Source: Myxococcota bacterium (GTDB taxonomy: Bacteria > Myxococcota_A > SURF-8 > G963677705). From it: 64,000 nt of DNA. A model generated the notes under the pieces. The model did no database searches, had not been told where the DNA came from, and saw only the letters and a list, made by a program, of their open reading frames with translations. The translations under genes were made by a program, and so were the position numbers. Below, one piece after another: positions 39,952-48,809 of the stretch. The stretch lies in assembly GCA_963677705.1 (NCBI GenBank), contig OY782497.1, forward strand, positions 4,152,627 to 4,216,626. Direction: 5' to 3'. The stretch's first letter is position 1. Each line of letters starts with the position of its first letter.

Positions 39952-40596
39952 ATGAGTTGCCACAATTTCCTGTTTATACCTCTGATGCTACTACTCTGCC
40001 TAGGTCAGGTCTCGTGTTTTGAGTTCCCTAAAAATACCGAGGGTCAAGAAGGTGGACGTTGTACAGATGACGGAAAATGCGATCCTGGTCTGTCTTGCTG
40101 TGTAAATCATAGATGTCGAACAACTTGTGTGTGGGAAGATGGAACCACGGGATTGATGTGGATGAACCCTCCTCCATCGGAGCAAATGAATTGGACCCAG
40201 GCCGAAGAGTTTTGCGAAACCTGGAATTACCAAGGTATGAATGGTTGGCGTTTGCCACGAATGGATGAGTTATGTAGCCTTCTTGATGGATGCCCAGAGC
40301 TTGGAGAAGAAGAGAAATGTGGATTCGGTGCGGATTATTCACGGATGACACTCATGGATGCGATAAATTGCTTTTATAGTAGCCAATGTGAATCATCTTC
40401 AGAGGCTTGCTATGTATCGGAAGATTTGGTTGAGGCATCAAGCGTATCACCCGGATCACCAAATTATTGGTCGTCTGATACATACATAGAAGATGATAAC
40501 GAAATGTGGAAAGTTAGCTATACTCATCAAGGATCTGCGATCATCGCAAGAATAGAGACAGCCACAGGTTATGTCCGCTGTGTTCGTGATAATTGA
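39952..40596 (+). CDS. Secreted Cys-rich DUF1566 (Lcl C-terminal, C-type-lectin-like) domain protein
   Basis: Signal peptide. GLMWMNPPP...MNWTQAEEFCETWNYQGMNGWRLPRMDEL...YWSSDTY...RCVRDN is characteristic of PF07603. Confidence 0.6.
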   Translation: MSCHNFLFIPLMLLLCLGQVSCFEFPKNTEGQEGGRCTDDGKCDPGLSCCVNHRCRTTCVWEDGTTGLMWMNPPPSEQMNWTQAEEFCETWNYQGMNGWRLPRMDELCSLLDGCPELGEEEKCGFGADYSRMTLMDAINCFYSSQCESSSEACYVSEDLVEASSVSPGSPNYWSSDTYIEDDNEMWKVSYTHQGSAIIARIETATGYVRCVRDN

Positions 40597-40599
40597 TGG

Positions 40600-40735
40600 T
40601 AGGAAGGCCCGAAGAGGAGCCTTCAACAATCGTAGTCGGGCAAATTCCTTGCCCGACACGTCTTGCACACAAGCCCTTGCCCCTCACTGGGATGCCTTTC
40701 GGTAGCCTGTCTCTTGTGAGAGGGAGAAGGGCTTC
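40600..40735. repeat. Repeat cluster (ccttcaacaatcgtagtcgggcaaattccttgcccgac plus cccctcactgggatgcctttcggtagcctgtctcttgtgagagggag)
   Basis: The first half matches 39690-39740. The second half matches 3308-3355. Confidence 0.5.
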
Positions 40736-40895
40736 CGAATAGCCGATTAAGGCTCATCCTTTCCTTCTTTTCTGACGATCCATGCTTGCCAGGTTTCCAC
40801 CGTGGAGTATACTCGGCCCACGGTGGCGTTGTGGTTTGTTGGTCTGTTGAATTCCTGTTGTCCGCTACCACGGTAGGTTTTTTGCCTACGAAGGA

Positions 40896-41813
40896 TTGGA
40901 TCTGATGAAAAAGTACGTCGATATCCTCTGGCCTCTTCTGGCAATCAGCGCAATGATCGCTGTCGCCCTGGGTTTATCTCACGCGGAATTTCTCCCTGAA
41001 ACCGGACGGCATTTGTCCTCCTTGATGGTACCCAACCTTCTGGTCGGTGCCGCCGCCGGGGTCTTGGCCGGCCTGTTGGGGATTGGCGGAGGGCTGGTCA
41101 TTGTTCCGATGTTGGTGTTCACCCTGGAACCGCAGGGGATCTCTAAAGAACTGGTGATGCACCTGGCGCTTGGAACCAGCATGGCCAGCATCATTTTCAC
41201 CTCCGTGTCAAGTTCCCTGGCCCATCATCATCGGGACGCCGTTCGTTGGGATGTGGTCAAGCGGATCAGTGTCGGCATTCTATTGGGTAGCTTTCTGGGC
41301 ACCTTCATCGCCGGAGTGATGAGCATGGAGATGCTGAAGATTATCTTCGTCATCTTCGTGTATTACGTGGCGGTACAGATGTTGATGGATTTCAAACCCA
41401 AGCCGACGAGGGAGCTTCCCTGCGGCGGAGGTCTGTTCTGCTCCGGCGGGGTGATCGGCGCGGTATCCAGTCTGGTGGGGATCGGCGGCGGGACGCTTTC
41501 CGTCCCGTTTATGGTGTTCTGCAACCTGCCCATTCATACCGCCATCGGAACGGCCTCGGCCATTGGGTTTCCCATTGCCGTTGCGGGAACCATCGGTTAT
41601 GTGGCCAACGGCCTGACCGTGGAAAGCCTTCCTCCCTTCTGCCTGGGCTACATCTACCTTCCGGCGTTGTTCGGTATTATCTGCGCCAGCGTGTTGACTG
41701 CTCCCTTGGGCGCCCGTCTTTCCCACAGCCTTCCCGTTCCACAACTGAAGAAGGTCTTTGCCGTGTTGCTGATCCTTGTCGGCTCGCGGATGATTTACGG
41801 TCTGATTGCCTGA
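40896..41813 (+). CDS. TauE/SafE-family (DUF81) sulfite/anion exporter
   Basis: Two internal repeats with GLLGIGGGLVIVPMLVF and LVGIGGGTLSVPFMVF. Confidence 0.75.
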   Translation: MDLMKKYVDILWPLLAISAMIAVALGLSHAEFLPETGRHLSSLMVPNLLVGAAAGVLAGLLGIGGGLVIVPMLVFTLEPQGISKELVMHLALGTSMASIIFTSVSSSLAHHHRDAVRWDVVKRISVGILLGSFLGTFIAGVMSMEMLKIIFVIFVYYVAVQMLMDFKPKPTRELPCGGGLFCSGGVIGAVSSLVGIGGGTLSVPFMVFCNLPIHTAIGTASAIGFPIAVAGTIGYVANGLTVESLPPFCLGYIYLPALFGIICASVLTAPLGARLSHSLPVPQLKKVFAVLLILVGSRMIYGLIA

Positions 41814-42053
41814 ATCGGCTCGAACCGATTCCTCTTCGATGAATCACTCGCCAGGAGTATCTGCGGGGTATACCCTGCCGTAGGGCGGTGGTTCGAGGGC
41901 ATCTCGACTTCCTGCCCGATGGGGGGCTTTCATGAGAATGGATTACCCCTGAGATCATCAAAACCTCTTCTTCACAATTTCCTAGCTCTATGCTAATGGG
42001 TGTGTTTCGTAGGCAAACAATGTGGTTGAGTGCGTTCATGCTGGAGAAACACA

Positions 42054-43094
42054 ATGAAAACGCGACGTAGTCTTGGTTTGGTGCTGCTGGCTTGTCTGGT
42101 CTTTACGCTGGCTCTTTCGGCTTGTTCGGAAGATTCAGACGATGATTCCACCGTGGATGGAGACGACTCCCAGTCTGACGGGGATGATCCCAGTGACGAT
42201 GACGATGACGAGGAGGATGGCGACGAAGAGCAAGCCGATCCGGACGCCCTTGAACTGACCGTGATGACGTACAATATTCTCTGCTACTTCTGCGACACGG
42301 TGAACTACGATCCTTGGGAAGATCGCATCGGCTACCACCGTGAAACCTTTGTGCGGCACAATCCGGACCTGATCGGCATTCAGGAACTGTTTCAGTTGGA
42401 GGATCTGGACCAACTGCTGGAACCCAACCCGGAGTATGAAGCGATTTATTACGTGGATGATGGGGAGGGGATTTTTGATACCTATACCGACGCTGCGATT
42501 TTCTACAAGAAAGACCGCTTTGACGTGGTGGAAACCGGGTTTTACTGGCTGAGCGACGATCCGGATACGCCCTTCACCGGCTTCAGTTCCGAGGAAGAGC
42601 AGGGCAGCCGGAAAGCCTCTGCCTTCTGGCGTATGGTTGCCTGGGCCGTGTTTACCGACCGCGCAAGCGGAAAAGACTTCTATTTTTCAACGACCCACTT
42701 TGACAACAACACCCCGCATCAAGAGCAGAGCGCTCCCATTGCCTTGTCTTACATTCAACCCTATGCGGAACGGATGCCCGTGGTCTTCGTGGGGGATTAC
42801 AACTCCAAGCCGGATACCATCGCCTACGGCTTGTTAACCGAAGGGGTGGAGGGCTCGGACTTCTCTCTGGTGAACAGCTTCGATCTCGCCGAGCAATGGT
42901 CCGTGTCCTCCAATCTGGAACCCACGCCGGAATATGACCCGAACGATCGCATTGACCATATCTTCCTGCAAGGCCCATCCGATTGGACGGTTTCCTCCTG
43001 GGTGGTGGATATGACCAGCTACGGAGAGTCAGGCCGTTATGCCTCGGACCATTTCGCAATGATTGCTACGCTGCGCTACGCCTTGGATGAGTGA
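42054..43094 (+). CDS. Lipoprotein with poly-Asp/Ser linker and endonuclease/exonuclease/phosphatase (EEP) domain
   Basis: Lipobox LALSAC followed by SEDSDDDSTVDGDDSQSDGDDPSDDDDDEEDGDEE. EEP motifs LTVMTYNI ... GIQE ... SDHFAMIATL. Confidence 0.7.
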   Translation: MKTRRSLGLVLLACLVFTLALSACSEDSDDDSTVDGDDSQSDGDDPSDDDDDEEDGDEEQADPDALELTVMTYNILCYFCDTVNYDPWEDRIGYHRETFVRHNPDLIGIQELFQLEDLDQLLEPNPEYEAIYYVDDGEGIFDTYTDAAIFYKKDRFDVVETGFYWLSDDPDTPFTGFSSEEEQGSRKASAFWRMVAWAVFTDRASGKDFYFSTTHFDNNTPHQEQSAPIALSYIQPYAERMPVVFVGDYNSKPDTIAYGLLTEGVEGSDFSLVNSFDLAEQWSVSSNLEPTPEYDPNDRIDHIFLQGPSDWTVSSWVVDMTSYGESGRYASDHFAMIATLRYALDE

Positions 43095-43126
43095 ATCTCT
43101 GTCTGAATCCTGATTCCGAAATCATG

Positions 43127-43167
43127 GCCCGAATGGAAAGAAACGCCTTTCCATCGGGCTTTTTTGC
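43127..43167 (+). terminator. Rho-independent terminator after the EEP lipoprotein gene
   Basis: gcccgaatggaaag-aaacg-cctttccatcgggc followed by tttttt. Confidence 0.55.
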
Positions 43168-43291
43168 ATCATGCGGGATGTTGCCATTCCAGGCTTGAGG
43201 TGGTATCCTCCGCAGGATTTTTCGCGCCCTGTTTTCCTGGAGTGGAGTCAGGGATGTTCATGCTTCTTTAGGTAACGTTCGAGGTCTGCCG

Positions 43292-45916
43292 ATGAAGTCA
43301 CCGCGCCTGTGGCAATCTTTCACGGATTGGTATACCAAGCTTTCCTTCCGTCATCCTTTTCTGATTCTGGGTATCTTTCTACTCTTGACTGTTGCCGGGG
43401 TGTTTATCTCCAAAGGGCATATCAAGATCGTGACCAACCTGGCCGCTCTGCTTCCCGAAGGAACGCCCAGTGTTCTGGCCTTGGATGAAAGCAAGAAACG
43501 CATCGGTTCCACGGATTTCTTCACCATCGCCATCAAGAGCGAAACCAACAGCGCCCATGCCATTGCCAAGATGCAGGATCTGCTGAAAGAGCGCATCGAA
43601 AAGGAATGGGATGATGCTGACTGGGTGCAGGTGGGCCGGGATACCTCCTTCTTCCATAGCCATGCCTTGTATTACCTGCCGGTCAACGAACTGCTCGACC
43701 TTCGCGACACCCTGCAAATGGAGTTGGTCAAGGCCAGCGCCAAGAAGGGTTTCACCGTCAACCTGATGGGCGATGACGACGACGACGATGACGATGATGG
43801 CATTGACAAATGGTATGATGAAGAACTTCCCCGGCGCTTGGGCCTTCCGCCCCAGGTGCAAAAGGAGTTCAACAGCTTCTTTGCCGCACGAGAGAAAAAA
43901 GAAGGGGATACGGACGGTCTCCCCCGTGAGTTGAGCCACCGCCTGATCGGTCCCAAAGGTGATGTCGGTGTGATTTTCGTACAATTGGCCAAGCCCAGCA
44001 CAGACTTGGAATACGCGGAAAAAGTATTGCTTCGCGGGGAAAAGCTGATTGCGGAGATCAACCCCAAGAGCATTGACCCAAGCCTCATTGCCCAGGTTGT
44101 CGGTGCTTACCGCAGCTTTATGGAAGTGGATGCCGTGTCCAAAGACGGCACCGTGGCCACCAGCATCAGCCTGGTCTTGATCCTCTTCATGATGTTCATT
44201 TTCTTCCGTAGCTTCCGCACCATCGTGGTGGTCGTTGTTCCGCTGCTTACTGCCGCTGCGGTGACGATGGCGGTCACGGCGGGGGTTTACGGGCGCCTGA
44301 CGGTGCTGACCGTGTTTATTCTGGCGCTCCTGGCGGGGATGGGTATTGACTACGGGATTCACCTGTTCGGGCGCGTGATTCAGGATTTCCGTGGTGGACG
44401 CAGCGTGGAAGACAGTGTGCATCAAAGCTTGCTGCATACGGGCCGCGCCTTGTTCGCCGCAGCGGGAACCACCATCGCCAGCTTCCTGACCTTGCAGGCC
44501 GGACACTTCCAAGGCTTCAAGGAGTTCGGCATCGTCGCCAGCTACGGCCTGTTCATTGCCGTTCTGGCCAGTTTCCTGGGTATTCCTCCTCTGGTGGCGA
44601 TGATGGAACGCATCCGCCCCCTGACGCGCTCGGAGAAGGAACTGAAACAGAGCGAAAAAGATCCGGACAAATTCTTGGGTACCTCAGCCCGCAAGCTTGC
44701 CTTCTATGGATTTGTCATTTCTGCCGTGGTTACGGTGGGGCTTTCCGTGTTCATGCCCCGCGCCATGTTTGAATATGATTTCCGTAACCTGCGCGCACCC
44801 AGCACCGGAGCGACCATCGGCTACGGTCGCGCCATCGGTAAAGACGCCAGCAGCACCCCGGCGGTGATGTTGGCCAAAGATATGAAGCAGGTGGAGGCCG
44901 CCCACGAATTTCTGCGCAACAAATTGAGCGTGGAAAAAGACCCGATGCTCAAGAGCTTCATCACCTATTACACCTTTGTTCCCCAGGCCAAGAAGCAGGA
45001 AACGCGGCAGATGGTCATCGGTGAGATCGGTGACATTGTCAAAAAAGAAGCCATGCGCAAACTGACCGGCGAGAAAAAACGCATGATTGACGAGTTGTTA
45101 CTCATGGTGGATGCCAAACCCTTCACGGAAAAAGACCTGCCGGATTGGGCCTTGAAGGTGGTCACCGAGCGTGACGGCACGGTCGGTCGCGTGGGCCATA
45201 TGTACGGTCATGTCGAAAAATGGAATGCCAACAGCGTGCGGGATTATCAAGACCGCTTCGGCTATCTGTTCTTCAAGAATGACGGCACGGTTTCTCACGG
45301 AACCGACGAGGAAGCCAAATTGAGCCTACAGGGCAAAGATACGGGCAAAGGCACCTGGCTGCCCATCGCCTCCAGCAACTTCATTTTGTCTGATGTGGTC
45401 AAGATGGTGCAGGAAGATGGTGAGATCCTGGCCGTATTCGTCTCTCTGGTGTTGTTGGTGATTCTGCTCCTGTATTCCCGCAGTGTGGTGGGAATGATGC
45501 TGCTGATGGCCGTAACCGGCTCCATCGTTATCTGGACGGTGGGTATCATGGGCCTGTTTGATATTCGTATCGGCCTGTACAACCTGATTACCATTCCCGT
45601 CATCCTGGGTGTGGGTATTGATGGCGCGATTCACATGTTCCACCGCTACCTGGAGTTGGGACCGCAGCAGTTGGGTAAAGCGATGCGTACCACGGGCTTG
45701 TCGATCACGGCCTCGTCGTTTACCACCATTGCCGGTTTCTTCGGGCTGATCTTCGTGGCTCACAAGGGCTTGCGCACCATCGGCGTGCTGGCTTCCATCG
45801 GTATTCTGTTGGCCTGGATGGCCAGTGTGGTGCTGCTTCCCTGGTTGATGGCCCGTTTCGTGAAAACGGAGAACACCACGAAGTCAGAGACTGAGGTGGA
45901 AAAAGAAAACGCCTAG
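43292..45916 (+). CDS. MMPL/RND-superfamily exporter (COG1033-like, two SSD/MMPL halves) with a poly-Asp insertion in the first periplasmic domain
   Basis: 874 aa with 2 x 6 TM. LALLAGMGIDYGIH and ITIPVILGVGIDGAIH motifs typical of MMPL. DDDDDDDDDG at about 43780. Confidence 0.75.
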   Translation: MKSPRLWQSFTDWYTKLSFRHPFLILGIFLLLTVAGVFISKGHIKIVTNLAALLPEGTPSVLALDESKKRIGSTDFFTIAIKSETNSAHAIAKMQDLLKERIEKEWDDADWVQVGRDTSFFHSHALYYLPVNELLDLRDTLQMELVKASAKKGFTVNLMGDDDDDDDDDGIDKWYDEELPRRLGLPPQVQKEFNSFFAAREKKEGDTDGLPRELSHRLIGPKGDVGVIFVQLAKPSTDLEYAEKVLLRGEKLIAEINPKSIDPSLIAQVVGAYRSFMEVDAVSKDGTVATSISLVLILFMMFIFFRSFRTIVVVVVPLLTAAAVTMAVTAGVYGRLTVLTVFILALLAGMGIDYGIHLFGRVIQDFRGGRSVEDSVHQSLLHTGRALFAAAGTTIASFLTLQAGHFQGFKEFGIVASYGLFIAVLASFLGIPPLVAMMERIRPLTRSEKELKQSEKDPDKFLGTSARKLAFYGFVISAVVTVGLSVFMPRAMFEYDFRNLRAPSTGATIGYGRAIGKDASSTPAVMLAKDMKQVEAAHEFLRNKLSVEKDPMLKSFITYYTFVPQAKKQETRQMVIGEIGDIVKKEAMRKLTGEKKRMIDELLLMVDAKPFTEKDLPDWALKVVTERDGTVGRVGHMYGHVEKWNANSVRDYQDRFGYLFFKNDGTVSHGTDEEAKLSLQGKDTGKGTWLPIASSNFILSDVVKMVQEDGEILAVFVSLVLLVILLLYSRSVVGMMLLMAVTGSIVIWTVGIMGLFDIRIGLYNLITIPVILGVGIDGAIHMFHRYLELGPQQLGKAMRTTGLSITASSFTTIAGFFGLIFVAHKGLRTIGVLASIGILLAWMASVVLLPWLMARFVKTENTTKSETEVEKENA

Positions 45917-45961
45917 TCATGGCGCATCCGTGACAAGAAGACCGAGCGATCCGTAACGAAG

Positions 45962-45995
45962 ACCCCCGGCTTTTCCAGAAGGAGAAGCCGGGGTT
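45962..45995. terminator. Possible bidirectional terminator hairpin between convergent genes
   Basis: ccccggctt ... aagccgggg 9-bp stem. Weak T tract. Confidence 0.3.
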
Positions 45996-46030
45996 TGGCG
46001 TATGAGATCCTTGAAGATGGGTGTCAGAAA

Positions 46031-46666
46031 CTATTCTTCGGTGAAGGGAATCACACAGCTTGTGGTATCCAGGCAATCCATGAAGGAATCACAGGCGTCT
46101 TCGTTCAGGCAATCGGCAAGGTTGTTGAACCCGTCGGAGGTCATCATACCGCCCAAGCTCAAACAGAAGCCATCCATGTCACTTTCAAAGCCGGAGACAT
46201 CGGTGATGTCCTGGCACAATTCCAGACCTTTGCTGGCCAGATCGGCACAGGTGGCTTCCACATCGCTCCCCACCTGTGTGTTGGTCAGCACTTCCTGCAT
46301 ACAAGGAGCGACGATTTGCCCATCGGTGCAGACCTCGCCGCCCAGGCAATCTTGAAAGGCGTTGGCAAACTCATCGTTCCATTCCCAGGTCAGCAGGCGG
46401 CAACTCTCAACGCAGTTGTTGTCACCTTCGCAGGCTTCGATCACTTCGCAGGCTCCTTCGCAGATACCACTATAGTCCGAGGCCTCTTCGGTTTCACGGC
46501 TGGCACAGATCTGCTCGAAGCTCTGGTCGGTGTTGTTGTCATCGTCGTCATCGTCACCGTTGTCGTCACCGCCGCTACCATCATCATCGTCGCCACAACC
46601 ACTGACGAAAGCCACAGACAGACCCAGCAGAACAATCAGAATAAACAGACTCGGTTTGAATTTCAT
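46031..46666 (-). CDS. Cys-rich lipoprotein with poly-Asp linker (unknown function)
   Basis: Lipobox AFVSGC then GDDDDGSGGDDNGDDDDDDNN. About 20 Cys in the mature domain. Confidence 0.55.
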   Translation of the reverse strand: MKFKPSLFILIVLLGLSVAFVSGCGDDDDGSGGDDNGDDDDDDNNTDQSFEQICASRETEEASDYSGICEGACEVIEACEGDNNCVESCRLLTWEWNDEFANAFQDCLGGEVCTDGQIVAPCMQEVLTNTQVGSDVEATCADLASKGLELCQDITDVSGFESDMDGFCLSLGGMMTSDGFNNLADCLNEDACDSFMDCLDTTSCVIPFTEE

Positions 46667-47002
46667 CGCAACTCTCCTCCTTGACCAACAGCCGTTGGTC
46701 GTTTAATGGCCCAACATGGAATCCGTTTCCCCAAAAGGGTGGCGAATTTTACCACGTTTGTCGTGTTCTGGCAATTTCGTGCATGGTAAGATGGGGTGAT
46801 TCCCTGTTTGAGTTTCCCTGATACTGCGTGACCGTTTAGGCTGCATACCAGGTACTGGAAACGCGGGTGGCGGTCCTCCTCCGGTTGATGAATGGCGAGA
46901 AATTTGATATGAAAGGGTGGAGAGGCTAGGATTTCCTGTCCAACATGGAAAAGGGATGATACTTCCTCCGGTAAACACCGATCATACGACGATGAGGTAT
47001 GG

Positions 47003-48712
47003 ATGAGCAATGCACTGACTCTTGATCCTACGATCAGCCAAGGATGGGCAGCCTTGGCCTGTTCATCCATCTGCTCGTTTTCCTGCCCTTCCTGTCAGTA
47101 TCTTGGTGAAGGAGGGAAACATGCTCTTGAAGAAAACCTCTTTGCCATTCAGCATCTTGCCGAAAAAGGGTTCACGTCTTTGCTGCTGATGGGAGCCGAT
47201 CCGTTGAAGCTGCCTCATCTCTCAACACTGATTGATGAGGCTCGTCAGCTTGGATTCAATACGATCTGGGTTAGTGATTGCGGGTATGCTCTGGGTGATC
47301 CGGAGCGCCCGCTGGAAACTCTTGATCTTGATGGGGTTCTGTTGCTTTCGCGAGGGCTTTCCACCTCGAAAATCAATTTCTTCACAAAAAATGCTGCCGA
47401 TGAATCCTCCGTCATCAAGAGCCTTGCCCGTTTGAAACAAGCGGGGATCCCGTGGCACGGACTGGTGGAAATGGTACGTCCTGTCTTACCGGAGGTGCCG
47501 AAGATCCTGCAAACCTTTGCAGAGTATGGAGCCGCTGGCGTTTCGTTTCACATTCCGCAAATGGAACGCTTGGAGGCTTTTCAGATGGCGGTTCCGGTCC
47601 CGTTGGTTGTACGGGTTATCGAGAGACTTCGTCCGCAAATGGACTCGATGGGTTGGAAGAAAGAAGCGCATCCGGCCGTTCAGGCATGGACTCGTACCGT
47701 CACGCCGTCAACCTTGATGAAAGCCCAAGGATTGGAACCTGCGCAGCTTCGTGTCCTTATGACCGGTGAAGCGGAAGATTTTCTTGCAGTCAACCTGCTC
47801 CCACAACGTGAAGGAAAGGTCCGTGGGGAGATTTTGATGCGTATCCAGGGACGGTGCAACATGGCTTGCTCGTTTTGTTGGTTGTATCGCAAGGGAGGGC
47901 CGGTTCCCCGCAAGAAGATTCTGGATGTGGCCGAGGAGCAGCGGCGCGTGTTGAAGGAGCAGGGAGCCGAAGAGATCCATCTTGTGTTGACCGGTGGCGA
48001 GCCAACCCTGCATCCGGATCTTGTTTTTCTGATCGAGCAGTTCAAGACCTGGCCGGAAGCAACCATAGAAATTCAGAGCAACGGTTACAAATTGGCGGAA
48101 CCGGGACTGGCTCGTGCTCTCTGCCAAGCGGGGATGACATCGGCCCAGATTACCTTGCTAAGCCACGATGCCGCCATCTCCGATGGGCTTACGCACTGCA
48201 AAGGCGGATGGGAAAAGACCGTGGCAGGCATTGATGCTCTTTCCAAGGAGAACGTCACAGTGAACCTGAGCCTTGTGGTCAGTCGTGACAATATGAAAAC
48301 CGTTCCTGAGACCGTGGCGTTCATTGTCAAACGTTGGGGTCAGTTGAAAGAGCGCTTGTCCATCAACCTTTTGCTGGCAGTCCCAATGGGTCGGTTGCGC
48401 GACAAAGCGGTTCGTCTAATCTCTCCCTCGGTGGGAGAGGCGCGTCCCTACTTGGAAAAAGCCTTTATAGATGGGCGTTTACGGGGCCTTCATTTCGGGG
48501 CTTTTGACGTTCCTTGCGGCTTTCCACTGTGTGCTTATGGGAAGGCGGCAGTGGATCTTCCCCGGTCTCCTGGAGACGAAGCGATGAATCTTGAAGGCTT
48601 CGCGAAACCACCGGAAAAATGCGGCCATTGTTCCCTTGTCAATCATTGCCCCGGTTTGTTTGAGAGCCTTGCACAAGAATACGGCACAGAGGACTTGACT
48701 CCCATTCGCTGA
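47003..48712 (+). CDS. Tandem radical-SAM protein (degenerate N-terminal rSAM core plus canonical rSAM core) with a C-terminal SPASM domain
   Basis: First CxxxCxxC (CSFSCPSC) with LLLMGADPL. Second CNMACSFCW with LVLTGGEPTLHPD. C-terminal Cys cluster CGFPLCAYG ... EKCGHCSLVNHCPG. Confidence 0.7.
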   Translation: MSNALTLDPTISQGWAALACSSICSFSCPSCQYLGEGGKHALEENLFAIQHLAEKGFTSLLLMGADPLKLPHLSTLIDEARQLGFNTIWVSDCGYALGDPERPLETLDLDGVLLLSRGLSTSKINFFTKNAADESSVIKSLARLKQAGIPWHGLVEMVRPVLPEVPKILQTFAEYGAAGVSFHIPQMERLEAFQMAVPVPLVVRVIERLRPQMDSMGWKKEAHPAVQAWTRTVTPSTLMKAQGLEPAQLRVLMTGEAEDFLAVNLLPQREGKVRGEILMRIQGRCNMACSFCWLYRKGGPVPRKKILDVAEEQRRVLKEQGAEEIHLVLTGGEPTLHPDLVFLIEQFKTWPEATIEIQSNGYKLAEPGLARALCQAGMTSAQITLLSHDAAISDGLTHCKGGWEKTVAGIDALSKENVTVNLSLVVSRDNMKTVPETVAFIVKRWGQLKERLSINLLLAVPMGRLRDKAVRLISPSVGEARPYLEKAFIDGRLRGLHFGAFDVPCGFPLCAYGKAAVDLPRSPGDEAMNLEGFAKPPEKCGHCSLVNHCPGLFESLAQEYGTEDLTPIR

Positions 48713-48809
48713 AAAATCCAATCCTAAGTCTGCCATCGAAACAAGAAAACCCAAGCCCCTGCGTTTATTGACGCGCAGAGGCTTGGGTTTGAATGGATAG
48801 CTCTTACTC

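Noticed and set aside
43292-45916. Calling the MMPL/RND exporter HpnN (hopanoid transporter) and the rSAM gene HpnH
   Set aside because: No squalene-hopene cyclase or other hpn genes are in the window, and the rSAM protein carries a SPASM domain not typical of HpnH. Family-level call only.
47003-48712. Interpretation of the rSAM/SPASM protein as an anaerobic sulfatase-maturating enzyme for the nearby sulfatase-like gene
   Set aside because: The sulfatase-fold protein at 37241-39619 lacks the Cys/Ser-x-P-x-R FGly motif (it has N-T-P-Q-A). It is 7 kb away with unrelated genes between. anSMEs have a single rSAM core.
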